Source of the DNA: an uncultured delta proteobacterium
GTDB taxonomy: Bacteria; Desulfobacterota; Syntrophobacteria; BM002
NCBI GenBank assembly: GCA_963712115.1
Contig: CAVQGX010000003.1
Location: 1-64,000 of the forward strand
Reading direction: 5' to 3'
DNA length: 64,000 bases
In this document: positions 38,445 through 47,566 of the stretch, one piece after another
Layout: each line of letters begins with the position of its first letter
Position numbering within the stretch: the stretch's first letter is position 1
Position numbers and translations under genes: made by a program
The notes under the pieces: model-generated
Told to the model about the DNA's origin: nothing
Database searches by the model: none
The model's input: the letters and a program-made list of their open reading frames with translations, nothing else

Positions 38445-39698
38445 TTATGACTTGAGCCGCCAGCGGGGACCCTCTTCTGTATCTTCAATTATTACGTCCC
38501 CTCGCTCGAGGCTCTCCCTGATGGCATCGGCTTCTTCCCACTGTTTGTTGTCTCTGAATCTCTGGCGTAAGCTCAGAAGTTCACCCATGACCGGGGCCAG
38601 GCATTCAGCCTTGTCTTTTGGGGAAGTCTCGAGCTCCATCCCAAAGAGAACTATCAAATCTCGGAGTACTTCCCTTGCCTGGGAGATAAATTCCTCGTTT
38701 TCCAGCTCCTGTTTACCTTTCCATATGGCCCTGTCAAGCTCGAGAAGGGCATTTGTGGTTTTCTTTGAATCATGTTTCTCAAGACCTATACGAAACGTCT
38801 CTTCGATCCCATGAATTCTATCCCAGAAAGACTCTCCCTCCGAACCACGGGTGAGTTTGGCAGCTTCCGGCTGCGAAACTTTCTTTCTTATTCCTTCACC
38901 AACAGCTCCGCCGCGAAGAACCTCCAGAGAAAACCTATCTCCTTTCTCAAAGACGATTTCCTCTCCTCTCCGTCTCAGGCATACACTGCCGAGTCCCTTG
39001 ATCACAGCTTCCTCTTTTTCGAGATCTATAAGGCAAGCTGTGTGCTCGTCTAGACCAAAGACTGAGACATCCTCCGGCAGCATGGATTCCAGCTTGCTGA
39101 AGCGGGATTCACCCATAAAACAGAACCGGGTGTCATGAGTCCCACCTTCGGCATTGTTCCAATGGGGTATGACCACAAGATTGAAGCCGAAGTGCGCAAG
39201 GATATTTACCCCTTCTACCCAGTGCAGGTCCTGGCCCACTTTGTAAATCTCGTATACAGGGAGGGTGAAGCGCCCTACTGTCAAGGCCGCAGCACTGGCA
39301 GCCACCAGACAACCCCCTTCTTCCACCTGCCTGGTAATGATTTCCGGAATGGCTGTACCTTGCCACTGGAGAACAGCGTAAGTAGGGCTGCCCGGGCCAA
39401 TGAGAATGAAATTTGCCTGGCGCAACTTGTGAAAGGCCTGCTCTGCTTCAAATTCCGTACACCTCTCCTTCGATTTGAAAGAGGCTAAGAGCATTTGCTG
39501 CTGAACGTGCTTGCGAAAATATTCTGCAGCTCTTTCGGAAAGTTGATCCACATTGAGCTGAAACCCTGCCGGCGTGTCAAGAAATACGGCCTGAGGGGGC
39601 TGGGCCAGACTCCCCAGCAGTTCCTTGTGAACTTCAACCATAGTGGCCGTCAGTTCACCCGAACCCATCAGAGCAATAATGCCCTTTTTCGATAACAT
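38445..39698 (-). CDS. peptidase S51 (cyanophycinase-like) fused to a CysRS-type C-terminal anticodon-binding domain
   Basis: LMGSGE, GPGSP, AASAAA and IPHW; C-terminal RDNKQWEEADAIRESL..IEDTEEGPRW. Confidence 0.8.
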   Translation of the reverse strand: MLSKKGIIALMGSGELTATMVEVHKELLGSLAQPPQAVFLDTPAGFQLNVDQLSERAAEYFRKHVQQQMLLASFKSKERCTEFEAEQAFHKLRQANFILIGPGSPTYAVLQWQGTAIPEIITRQVEEGGCLVAASAAALTVGRFTLPVYEIYKVGQDLHWVEGVNILAHFGFNLVVIPHWNNAEGGTHDTRFCFMGESRFSKLESMLPEDVSVFGLDEHTACLIDLEKEEAVIKGLGSVCLRRRGEEIVFEKGDRFSLEVLRGGAVGEGIRKKVSQPEAAKLTRGSEGESFWDRIHGIEETFRIGLEKHDSKKTTNALLELDRAIWKGKQELENEEFISQAREVLRDLIVLFGMELETSPKDKAECLAPVMGELLSLRQRFRDNKQWEEADAIRESLERGDVIIEDTEEGPRWRLKS

Positions 39699-39923
39699 AT
39701 CAGTAACCTTCCTCGGCACAAAAAACATTCGAGTACACCCAAAGTTCCTTAACCCGGATGTTTCATGAATCGCTTGCTGAGGGTCAAAAAGTAGGTTGCT
39801 TTGTAAGCTAAGACACGCTATGCGGGTTTGTCAATATTTCCAAAGCACGAGGAAGGACTCACTTCTCAAACACTTTGCATTCGAGATGCGATCTCTGCCC
39901 ATTGAGTCTTGCCAATCTCAAAT

Positions 39924-39939
39924 TGGCACATCCATTGCT
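39924..39939 (+). promoter_or_regulatory. sigma54 promoter
   Basis: TGGCACATCCATTGCT, near-consensus. Confidence 0.75.
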
Positions 39940-40008
39940 TAAGAATATCCGACGAGATCTTTAAAAGCCAGTGGTCTTGATAATACATTGTTTTAACGGG
40001 AATTAGAA

Positions 40009-40224
40009 ATGACTTACATTTGCATCAAGTGTAGAAAAACGTGGGATAATGGAGGTCGTTCTAGTGAGTACTCCGGGGGATTGTGTGAGGATTGCACTTC
40101 GGAATACGTTCGAGAGAAGCAAAAAAACCAGGGATTTCACGATTGCTACAAGCGTGCGGTTGAAGTCTGTTCGAGAGACGAGTGTAGTTATTGGCAGTTA
40201 TGCAACAAAGAACTCCTAGGATAG
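40009..40224 (+). CDS. small 8-Cys hypothetical protein
   Basis: CIKC, CEDC and GFHDCY..C...C.YWQLC. Confidence 0.7.
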   Translation: MTYICIKCRKTWDNGGRSSEYSGGLCEDCTSEYVREKQKNQGFHDCYKRAVEVCSRDECSYWQLCNKELLG

Positions 40225-40272
40225 CCTGCGCTTTCTTCTCCCCGATTCTTAAGCCATGCCAATTTTTACACC

Positions 40273-41565
40273 CTACCTCCCCGTCTCTGTGAAATCGGAG
40301 TTGGAGGTCGCGATTAGGGAAGGATCGGGCAGGTGTAGAAGAACCACCTCGCCGCTTTCCCCCAGAGCCTTGAGCGGCTGGTCGTTTAGGTAGAGCTGAA
40401 GGCCAGCAGCGTTGCCGATGTGCAGCCTAAAGCCTGACATTGCCCTCCAAGTATGCTTTTCATCAGGTTTAAGCAGGTATTCGAGTTCTTGACTGTCATC
40501 TATAATCAGGTGAAGCCAGGTCCTCGCCAAGGTTTCGGCTCGTAGAACATAGACCGCCGGTGTCGAGGCTAGTCCAAAAACTTGCTGGTCTTCTTCAAGC
40601 CAAGGAGAGACGCTTTTTTCCGAAGAGGCTGAAGCTTCAACCCTGGGGGAGTAAGGCTGAGGGGTATGACCATTGAGTTCTCCTAGCTCTCCTGCCTTCG
40701 GTGTTATTGCGGCTTGGAGCTGCTTAGATGGCTCTTGGACCACCCTGGCGGATTGTTCTCGCAGTAGCTTGGAATCCAAGACAGTCTGAGAGGTGGCCTG
40801 GACTGTTCCAGACCCATAGACCTGCCCCTCGGTGACAGGTGACGGGGGCTGCGTCGGGGAACGGTTAGACCACCACACTGAGAGAATCAGAACTCCCAAT
40901 AAGGAGAGGATGCCCAATGGCACCATCTTTTTTCTCCCAGAACCCTCACGCCGCAGACCTTGGTTACCTAATAATTCTTTCCAAGAAGGCCTCTTAAGAG
41001 GCTTTAACTCCTCTTCAACTGCACACAGTCTGGCTTGAGTCTCTTCTCTTTTGTGATCACTAACGTCCGCTGCCTTGTCGAAATTCAACAGCCTTTTTTT
41101 CTGCTCTTTCTCCAGTTCCCTAAGTTTGCTCTTGGTCTCCGCCAGTTCACCGGTTTGGGTCTGTAAATTTTGCCTCAAGTCATCGAGCTCAGATTTCAAC
41201 CTCTCCAATTCCTTATGCTTCGCTTCTAGTGCTGCTGGAGGTAGACCCTGACGCTTTTTTTCAAACTGTCCGAAATGGGTCAAAGGCTCCTTGGGCCGGT
41301 CCCTCTCTGTTGAACCAGCAGCCCCCCTTTTGCGCTCACCAAGACTCCTTACCTCATCCATGTCGACGTAGATGCGGCCGTCCTCCTTTAGCCGCGTGAG
41401 CAGTCTTTTATTCAAATAGTTAATTATCGTGCCTTTGGAGACTCCAAGGGCCCTAGCCGCCACCTGGATAGTGACTCTTTCCTTCACCACAGAAGGTTCC
41501 GGGGCTGAGAGGAAAAAATGAGATACTCTCTCTAACCCTCTCTCCTGGTTTTTCCTAGCCTTCAT
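40273..41565 (-). CDS. HTH-coiled-coil-TM protein with RodZ-like (DUF4115) C-terminus
   Basis: AARALGVSKGTI HTH; coiled coil; one TM; TWLHLIID..IGNAAGLQLYLND..LGESGEV. Confidence 0.8.
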   Translation of the reverse strand: MKARKNQERGLERVSHFFLSAPEPSVVKERVTIQVAARALGVSKGTIINYLNKRLLTRLKEDGRIYVDMDEVRSLGERKRGAAGSTERDRPKEPLTHFGQFEKKRQGLPPAALEAKHKELERLKSELDDLRQNLQTQTGELAETKSKLRELEKEQKKRLLNFDKAADVSDHKREETQARLCAVEEELKPLKRPSWKELLGNQGLRREGSGRKKMVPLGILSLLGVLILSVWWSNRSPTQPPSPVTEGQVYGSGTVQATSQTVLDSKLLREQSARVVQEPSKQLQAAITPKAGELGELNGHTPQPYSPRVEASASSEKSVSPWLEEDQQVFGLASTPAVYVLRAETLARTWLHLIIDDSQELEYLLKPDEKHTWRAMSGFRLHIGNAAGLQLYLNDQPLKALGESGEVVLLHLPDPSLIATSNSDFTETGR

Positions 41566-41582
41566 AAAAGATCCAAGGTAGA

Positions 41583-42662
41583 TTACAGGCTGATGAGCGA
41601 ATTTACCCCGCCGTAAGCATCTTCAACTGTGCTGTCGTTGGCAGGATCAGCTATCCAGCGGCCATCAACCAGGTACTTATACTCATAGGATCCAGGCCTG
41701 AGGGAAATAGTCTTGTGCCAGAGCGGTCTACCCTGGGACTCGGTGAAATCCAACGATTCCGGCACCCACTCATTAAAATCTCCTGCGATCTGCACTACCG
41801 CGCCCTCAGGCGCTTCCACCCTGAACAATATTTCCCTTTCTGGTTGTAACTTCAGCCGTCCCTCAGCTGCCAAAAACGACTCCAGAGTAAAACCCCTGGC
41901 CAGCATTTCAGGCTCCTCATCCAGAATCTCCCTGGTTAAACTTCGATAATCGCGGAAGCCAGCACAGTGCTTGTCGAATTCGGCTATGGCCTTTCCCTCC
42001 CTTGCAGCTTCTCTCAATCTGGTGCAGGTCTTGATCATGGTGTCGAAACAGTTTTCGGGAAATCTAGCCCTAAGATCCTCTACTAGACTCCTGCAGAAAT
42101 TGGTCCTGAGGTCGACGTTGGTGGCTAAAATCTTGATGTTGAGCTGATGTCGGACCCTCTCTTCGATAATCCGGATAGTATCTAGAAGCTTTCCGAGACC
42201 GTGAATAGAGAAAAAACTGGAGTCCACGGGAATGATCACCTCCTCAGCTGCCACCAGTCCATTAAAGGTCAAAAGACCCACGCTGGGAGGACTGTCAATG
42301 ATGAGGTAGTCGTAATTTTTTTCAACCTCCACAAGGCTCTGGGTGAGTTTGTATTCCCGCTCGCTGGCACCTGCCATGACCTGCTCAAAGGCACTCAATA
42401 CCACATCACTCAGAACAGCGTCGAGATTCTCTTTCAATGTCTGGGTGGCTTCGCTAATCGGTATTTTGCCTAGCAGGACCTCATAGATAGTCTTCTCTGC
42501 ATGGTCAACCTCTGCCCCAAGTCCAAGCCCTGCATGCCCTTGCGGATCCAGATCAATCAAGAGCACCTTCTTACCCTCACCTGCCAAGAAGTGGGCTAGA
42601 TTTATTGCTGTTGTCGTTTTGCCGCAACCGCCCTTTTGATTGACAAGAGCAATTTTTCTCAT
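41583..42662 (-). CDS. ParA/Soj family ATPase fused to a CBM48 glycogen-binding domain
   Basis: NQKGGCGKTT, DLDPQ and IDSPP; C-terminal IAGDFNEW..YEYKYLVDGRWIADP; alternative start at 42806. Confidence 0.9.
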   Translation of the reverse strand: MRKIALVNQKGGCGKTTTAINLAHFLAGEGKKVLLIDLDPQGHAGLGLGAEVDHAEKTIYEVLLGKIPISEATQTLKENLDAVLSDVVLSAFEQVMAGASEREYKLTQSLVEVEKNYDYLIIDSPPSVGLLTFNGLVAAEEVIIPVDSSFFSIHGLGKLLDTIRIIEERVRHQLNIKILATNVDLRTNFCRSLVEDLRARFPENCFDTMIKTCTRLREAAREGKAIAEFDKHCAGFRDYRSLTREILDEEPEMLARGFTLESFLAAEGRLKLQPEREILFRVEAPEGAVVQIAGDFNEWVPESLDFTESQGRPLWHKTISLRPGSYEYKYLVDGRWIADPANDSTVEDAYGGVNSLISL

Positions 42663-43436
42663 GGCTCTCCCTCCTTCCTTTCTTAAGGCAGGGAAAGAAG
42701 AGCGACTTCTCTCCCTGGTTGATTTCCCATCGAAGTCATCTAACTTCTTGAACCTATGAAATAGTCCGCTTAACAGGGCTCCAACCTTTCGAAGTAGAGA
42801 TCTCATGGTCGATATTCTCCTTGCCGGATTAATAAGGGATGTTTCTGGCTGGAAAGCTGTATTAAGTAATCTGGGGTAGTAGAAGAAAAGCTTGCTAAAT
42901 CGTGGATAAATGAAACGGCTACACCATTTGCAGACAAGGAAATTTTTGTCCACTTACGGTGCCGGTAGAGCCCGGTTCTTTCCCTTGATTGGGGAAGAGA
43001 CATGTCAATGCCAAGGCGATTCGGTGGTTTCTGTTCAATAACCAGCTCAAACATTAATGAGCCGGATAGCCTTGTCACAATCGATACATATTGTGATGAA
43101 TTATCATCAGCCTCCTGTATCCTTTAACCACCTGCTGCGACTTAAACCACAATAAATTAGACATGTCAAGTAAATAGAGGGCAAGTTTGTTTAAATAAAT
43201 GGTTTTTTTCTTTAGAAAAAAGAGAGTTTTCCGCTTCAAATTAATCTTCATCCCAGAATCTACCTTGTTCAATAGCTGAGATTTTTAGTCAATAGATTGG
43301 CACTTTCCCGTGAGATCAAACAAATCAAGAGATTGGCCAAAACGGCACTTACTTGCGATGCAAAAGAAATTCCGCAGTTTGACACAGAGATTTCGCAAAA
43401 GGCTTACTTGTGGTGGAAAGTAGTTGAATTACACCT

Positions 43437-43452
43437 TGGCATGTTTATTGCT
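43437..43452 (+). promoter_or_regulatory. sigma54 promoter
   Basis: TGGCATGTTTATTGCT. Confidence 0.7.
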
Positions 43453-43511
43453 CAACAACTGGTTTGGACTTCATTGTTAAAGAGGAATACATGGAATGAT
43501 CTAACAAGACA

Positions 43512-43937
43512 ATGGAATGTAGGCCAGAAAAAACTGAGTTGATGGAACTAACTGAAAGACAAAAGCTACTGCTGGAGTCTGCCAGCGATTGGATTCAAAA
43601 CAATTATCCAGAAGCGCGCCTAGTAGGTGTAGCTTGGTGGTTTTTTGACTGCGGTTGTATGGCTGGAATGGGCTTCTCCCTTGAATCCGGTATAGTTACT
43701 CCAGCGGTTCGAGTTGATCGGGCATTGGTAGAAGACGGAGCAGTTCCACCGTGTGAAAAGTGCTTGGAAGACAATCCTGCTAATGTAAATAGAGTGTTTA
43801 CCTTTGGGACGGCTTGGTTTAGACCAATACCGGACTCGAAAACAAGAGATCGGGTCAAAAAAGAACTATTCAGCCCGCTGCTGGAGAGGGAAACTGTCGA
43901 AATGTATCAAGAGGGCGAATTCCAAATAACGCACTAG
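43512..43937 (+). CDS. hypothetical protein with CGC and CxxC motifs
   Basis: 141-aa ORF downstream of a sigma54 motif; FDCGC and CEKC. Confidence 0.65.
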   Translation: MECRPEKTELMELTERQKLLLESASDWIQNNYPEARLVGVAWWFFDCGCMAGMGFSLESGIVTPAVRVDRALVEDGAVPPCEKCLEDNPANVNRVFTFGTAWFRPIPDSKTRDRVKKELFSPLLERETVEMYQEGEFQITH

Positions 43938-44112
43938 ACAATAAAGTGAGTCGTCAGCCAGAGAAAAGTTGGCGCCCGTTCTGCAGAAGAGTTCCCGTCC
44001 TCTCTAATTCAGTCTTTCAGTAGTGAACGAGTTACTTTCCTTTAACACTCCTATTCTTCCGGGCAAATACCACCACAGGTCATTTCCCCTGCCTTATACT
44101 GCTCCTAAAATC

Positions 44113-44400
44113 CTATACCTTCAAAATGTTGTTATGGGTACCGAAGGTGTTAGGGACAATCTGATCATTGCCGGGATCATTGTGCCATTGCCCATCCACC
44201 AGAAACTTGTACTCGTACCTCCCGGGGGCAAGAGTAACAATCTTGGTCCACCTCCCTTTATTGTCCCTTTTCATTATGTGCTTTTTTTCATCCCAACTGT
44301 TAAAGTCTCCCACCAAGATGGCCTGCTTGGCTTCGGCTGCCTCCAACTTGAAGGTAATCCTTTTTTTCTCCGCCTTGTTTTTCTGCTTTGTTCTGGACAT
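44113..44400 (-). CDS. stand-alone CBM48/AMPK-type glycogen-binding protein
   Basis: GDFNSW and YEYKFLVDGQWHNDP..NTFGTHN; GAGGAGG SD. Confidence 0.9.
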   Translation of the reverse strand: MSRTKQKNKAEKKRITFKLEAAEAKQAILVGDFNSWDEKKHIMKRDNKGRWTKIVTLAPGRYEYKFLVDGQWHNDPGNDQIVPNTFGTHNNILKV

Positions 44401-44705
44401 TGCTCACCCTCCTCGGTTTGCTTTGTATGTACGCCCGAACATCCAAGCAATGACATGATAGACCACTAAGTATATGCATGTAAATAGGAAAAACCACCAC
44501 ATTGATAGGTCATTGTCTACAGCCTGCCCATTTGCCTTGTACTCAGAGCCCGCATGTGTTATGAAACTAAAAAGTAACTCGGTAACAATCTGTGAAACAA
44601 GGGGGGCGCCGAGACATTCCTGATTTACTCCTGTTGCAAGAATCTCTTTTGTACCTGGACCTCCCGTAACTATCCCCGAGTTTTTTCCTCATTTGGTCAC
44701 GACCT

Positions 44706-44887
44706 AGCCCGGATGTTTTATGAATCAATGTCGTGAGATTATGAAGATGGGCGTGCCACCGGGCAACCGCAGGGGGTTTGATCCTAGGCGTACCTGAACG
44801 GTACGTCGCAGGAACCAACATCCGAGGACGCCCGGAAGGACGACCATATTCACGGTCGCAACAAGCTATTCATGAGACATCCGGGCT
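44706..44887. mobile_element. MITE/REP-like element with 20-bp terminal inverted repeats
   Basis: AGCCCGGATGTTTTATGAAT / ATTCATGAGACATCCGGGCT (18/20); internal GCGTAC..GTACGT hairpin; solo arm at 39751-39770. Confidence 0.65.
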
Positions 44888-44996
44888 TGAAGCAAGTCAA
44901 TTTATAGGCGAAACAAATTGAGTTTTTTGGAGACTAATATTAGGAGGATCTTTTTAGCTCAATCTTGTCTTCTCCATCTCAGGAGGGAACTTTAAT

Positions 44997-45203
44997 ATGG
45001 TTGCCAAGAATCAAGATGCCCATTATTTCACGATTGAAGTGGATCGTGACATACCGCTTTCAGAGCAACTTCACAAGGCCAACTCTCAATTGTGTTTTGA
45101 ACTCCGGGTCGAAGAGAAGGTGTTCTTGGAGGATATTCAATTCAAGAACGGTTATAAGGTCTTGCGTTATCGATTTTGGAGAGATGAACCTGCCAAGAAG
45201 TAG
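44997..45203 (+). CDS. small hypothetical protein
   Basis: 68-aa ORF with AGGAGGG SD. Confidence 0.6.
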   Translation: MVAKNQDAHYFTIEVDRDIPLSEQLHKANSQLCFELRVEEKVFLEDIQFKNGYKVLRYRFWRDEPAKK

Positions 45204-45326
45204 AAACCAGAGAGTGGCAAGTTCTTGTTTTGTTACGAAAAAAAGCCCCTCATTCTTTTTCTGTCCTGGCAGGATTGAAGCAAGGCTGAAGTATTAGTTG
45301 GCATTCGTCGAAGGCCCAAGTGAGAT

Positions 45327-45803
45327 TCAGTTCCTAGCTGCCAAGCGTTTAAGCTTCATCACGTAGTGTTGGGCGATTAAATTGCGTAACCGTTTGCGAC
45401 CGATGGTTGACAGGTGCGTAAACCGCACTACCATACCCCGCGGGCTAACCTGGTCATTATTATCTGACTCATAAAATTCCAGTCGGACCACCTCGGCCTC
45501 CACCAACAGGGTCTCATTTTCCGAAATATCTATACTTATAGTGGCAGCCTCATTTAAGCGTGGAGGCTGGTGGCAGCGAATAAGCGCTCCGCGGTTATTG
45601 ATTAGCCGCGTTTCTCCGTGCACATGCCCCTCTGAGGTTAACAAAGTAACAGGGTACCGGACTTTGATCGCTGGATAATTGTATGGTTTTTCATTCATTT
45701 TTTTATCCGAAATGATACGTCCATGAAGTGTTAAAACGGTTGCCCTTAAAAGGCAAAAAGCCCTGCTGGCCCTAGTGGAGCGATGAATGAGCTTTGTTGT
45801 CAC
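45327..45803 (-). CDS. degenerate PilZ domain protein
   Basis: VEAEVVR..PRGMVVRF like the other paralogs; no RxxxR; start may be 45698. Confidence 0.75.
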   Translation of the reverse strand: MTTKLIHRSTRASRAFCLLRATVLTLHGRIISDKKMNEKPYNYPAIKVRYPVTLLTSEGHVHGETRLINNRGALIRCHQPPRLNEAATISIDISENETLLVEAEVVRLEFYESDNNDQVSPRGMVVRFTHLSTIGRKRLRNLIAQHYVMKLKRLAARN

Positions 45804-45843
45804 TAGAACCAGAGCTTAATATATTTTTTCTCTATCGAATAAG

Positions 45844-45859
45844 TGCAACTTGTGTGCCC
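45844..45859 (-). promoter_or_regulatory. sigma54 promoter
   Basis: Minus strand GGGCACACAAGTTGCA. Confidence 0.6.
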
Positions 45860-45965
45860 TACTCCCTCACCAATTCAGCCCCAACATAGTAAAAAATCAG
45901 GCCCAGAGGACCTTGTTTTGAGCTGCCCTTGAGCTGGTCTTTCCTTGACCCACCATTCAACCAAC

Positions 45966-46197
45966 TGGAGTGATGGAATAATGAAATCCCAAACTCCAAG
46001 CACCAAATTACAAACAAATCTCAAATTCCAGTATTCAATGACCAAAACAGGTTTGAAATTTTGAATTTTGGTCATTGTGATTTGTTTGATATTTGTGATT
46101 TGGAATTTCTGATACTCTATTACTCCAAAACCGCTAGTCATCTTTGACGGCAAAGCCATTGAAAATTGACCTGGCCCAGAGGACCAGGTTTTCTATG
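45966..46197. repeat. nested imperfect inverted heptamer arrays plus GACCTGGCCCAGAGGACCAGG element
   Basis: TGGAGT...ACTCCA outer arms and CAAATYC/GATTTG inner arrays. Confidence 0.7.
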
Positions 46198-46212
46198 TTA
46201 AAATAAATTATT

Positions 46213-47280
46213 ATGATAAGTGGAAAACTAAGCTCTATGCCTAAACATCCCTTGGCCATAGCTCTTTTAGCTGCTCTTTTGTTCGGTGCTGCGACCCCGG
46301 CAAGTAAGGCACTCTTGCAAACACTGCCAACTTTTCAGCTCGCCGGGCTGCTTTATTTGGGCGCAGCCATTGGGGTTATTCCCCTATTAATCAGGGAAAG
46401 GAGGTTTTCTTATCCCTGGGATCTCGATGTCAAAACGGGTTACCGCCTTCTTGGAGCCATTGGTTTGGGTGGTGTGGTTGGCCCCCTGCTACTGCTCTTT
46501 GGTTTGAGTTTGGCCTCGGCTGCTTCAGTATCTCTGTGGCTCAATTTGGAACTCATAGCCACTGTTATTCTCGGATTTCTCATTTTTCGCGATGAATTAC
46601 ATCTTGCCGGCTGGGGCGCAACCACGGGAATAGTGGCAGCAGCAACTTTGCTCGCTTTTTCTGAGGGACATGCCGGGGTAAAGGCCGGCTTACTTGTTGG
46701 CGCAGCTTGTTTTTGCTGGGGCTTGGACAATCATTTCACCGCCTTAATCACTGGTATTACTCCGGCCCAGACCACCTTTTGGAAAGGTTTGGTGGCGGGG
46801 ATCGTCAATCTTAGTATTGGAATACAATTGGATCCATACATTGCGACATTTTATCTTTCCACCGCGGCCATTTTGGTTGGTGCTTTCTGTTATGGTTTAA
46901 GCCTGGTGCTATATATAGCTTCGGCCCAAAGACTTGGCGCCGCCCGTAGTCAGATCATTTTCTCCAGTTCCCCGTTTTTTGGAGTCATCCTTGCTGCGGT
47001 TTTCCTGGGAGAATCCATTTACCCCGCTCAGATGATTGCAGCGCTGATTATTGCTTTCTCTTTGGCGCTGTTGTTTTTCGAAAAGCACTACCATCTGCAC
47101 CATCACAAAGCGACTGCACATGAACACTGGCATGGTCACGATGACGGACATCACCATCACCCTTTCTCAGAAATGGAGCAATCCAACTACCACGGTCACT
47201 GGCATGAACATAGGGAGACCACACACGCACACCAACACTGGCCTGACCCCCAACATAGGCACAAACACGATGAAGAGTAA
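46213..47280 (+). CDS. DMT/EamA transporter with His-rich C-terminus
   Basis: About 10 TM segments, CWGLDN, and a H-rich tail ending HWPDPQHRHKH. Confidence 0.88.
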   Translation: MISGKLSSMPKHPLAIALLAALLFGAATPASKALLQTLPTFQLAGLLYLGAAIGVIPLLIRERRFSYPWDLDVKTGYRLLGAIGLGGVVGPLLLLFGLSLASAASVSLWLNLELIATVILGFLIFRDELHLAGWGATTGIVAAATLLAFSEGHAGVKAGLLVGAACFCWGLDNHFTALITGITPAQTTFWKGLVAGIVNLSIGIQLDPYIATFYLSTAAILVGAFCYGLSLVLYIASAQRLGAARSQIIFSSSPFFGVILAAVFLGESIYPAQMIAALIIAFSLALLFFEKHYHLHHHKATAHEHWHGHDDGHHHHPFSEMEQSNYHGHWHEHRETTHAHQHWPDPQHRHKHDEE

Positions 47281-47380
47281 CGATTTCGGATTGCGGACTG
47301 CGGATTGGGGATTGGGAAAATTGGAAGCATGAAAATCCGCAATCCAAAATCCGAAATCCGAATTCCGCGATCCGGAATCG
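47281..47380. repeat. inverted heptamer array (CGGATTG / AATCCGC)
   Basis: Tandem units in opposite orientation on each side of a short spacer. Confidence 0.8.
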
Positions 47381-47476
47381 GAAATGTCCTTGACTCCAGC
47401 AGGGAAGATGGTAATAATTTCTAATAAAGGTTGGGGCGAAGCCCACAGATTAAGATAAGAATTTATTATCGACAAT

Positions 47477-47540
47477 AGGTCACGAAGGCTTATCAATGCT
47501 CCGAAGGGTTATTTGAAGATAAGCTTGTGTGACCTTTTTT
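47477..47540 (+). promoter_or_regulatory. leader hairpin plus U-tract (putative attenuator) before cbiM
   Basis: AGGTCAC..GCTTATC / GATAAGC..GTGACCT followed by a T run. Confidence 0.5.
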
Positions 47541-47566
47541 GTTAGTTTCAAATTAGAGAGTTAACT

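Noticed and set aside
38445-39698. Cysteine-tRNA ligase or MshC
   Set aside because: No class I synthetase catalytic motifs; only the C-terminal domain resembles CysRS
45875-46159. 94-aa ORF and similar ORFs at 27595, 30742, 31998, 35457 and 47048
   Set aside because: These are translations of repeat arrays or antisense shadows with no SD or domain signal
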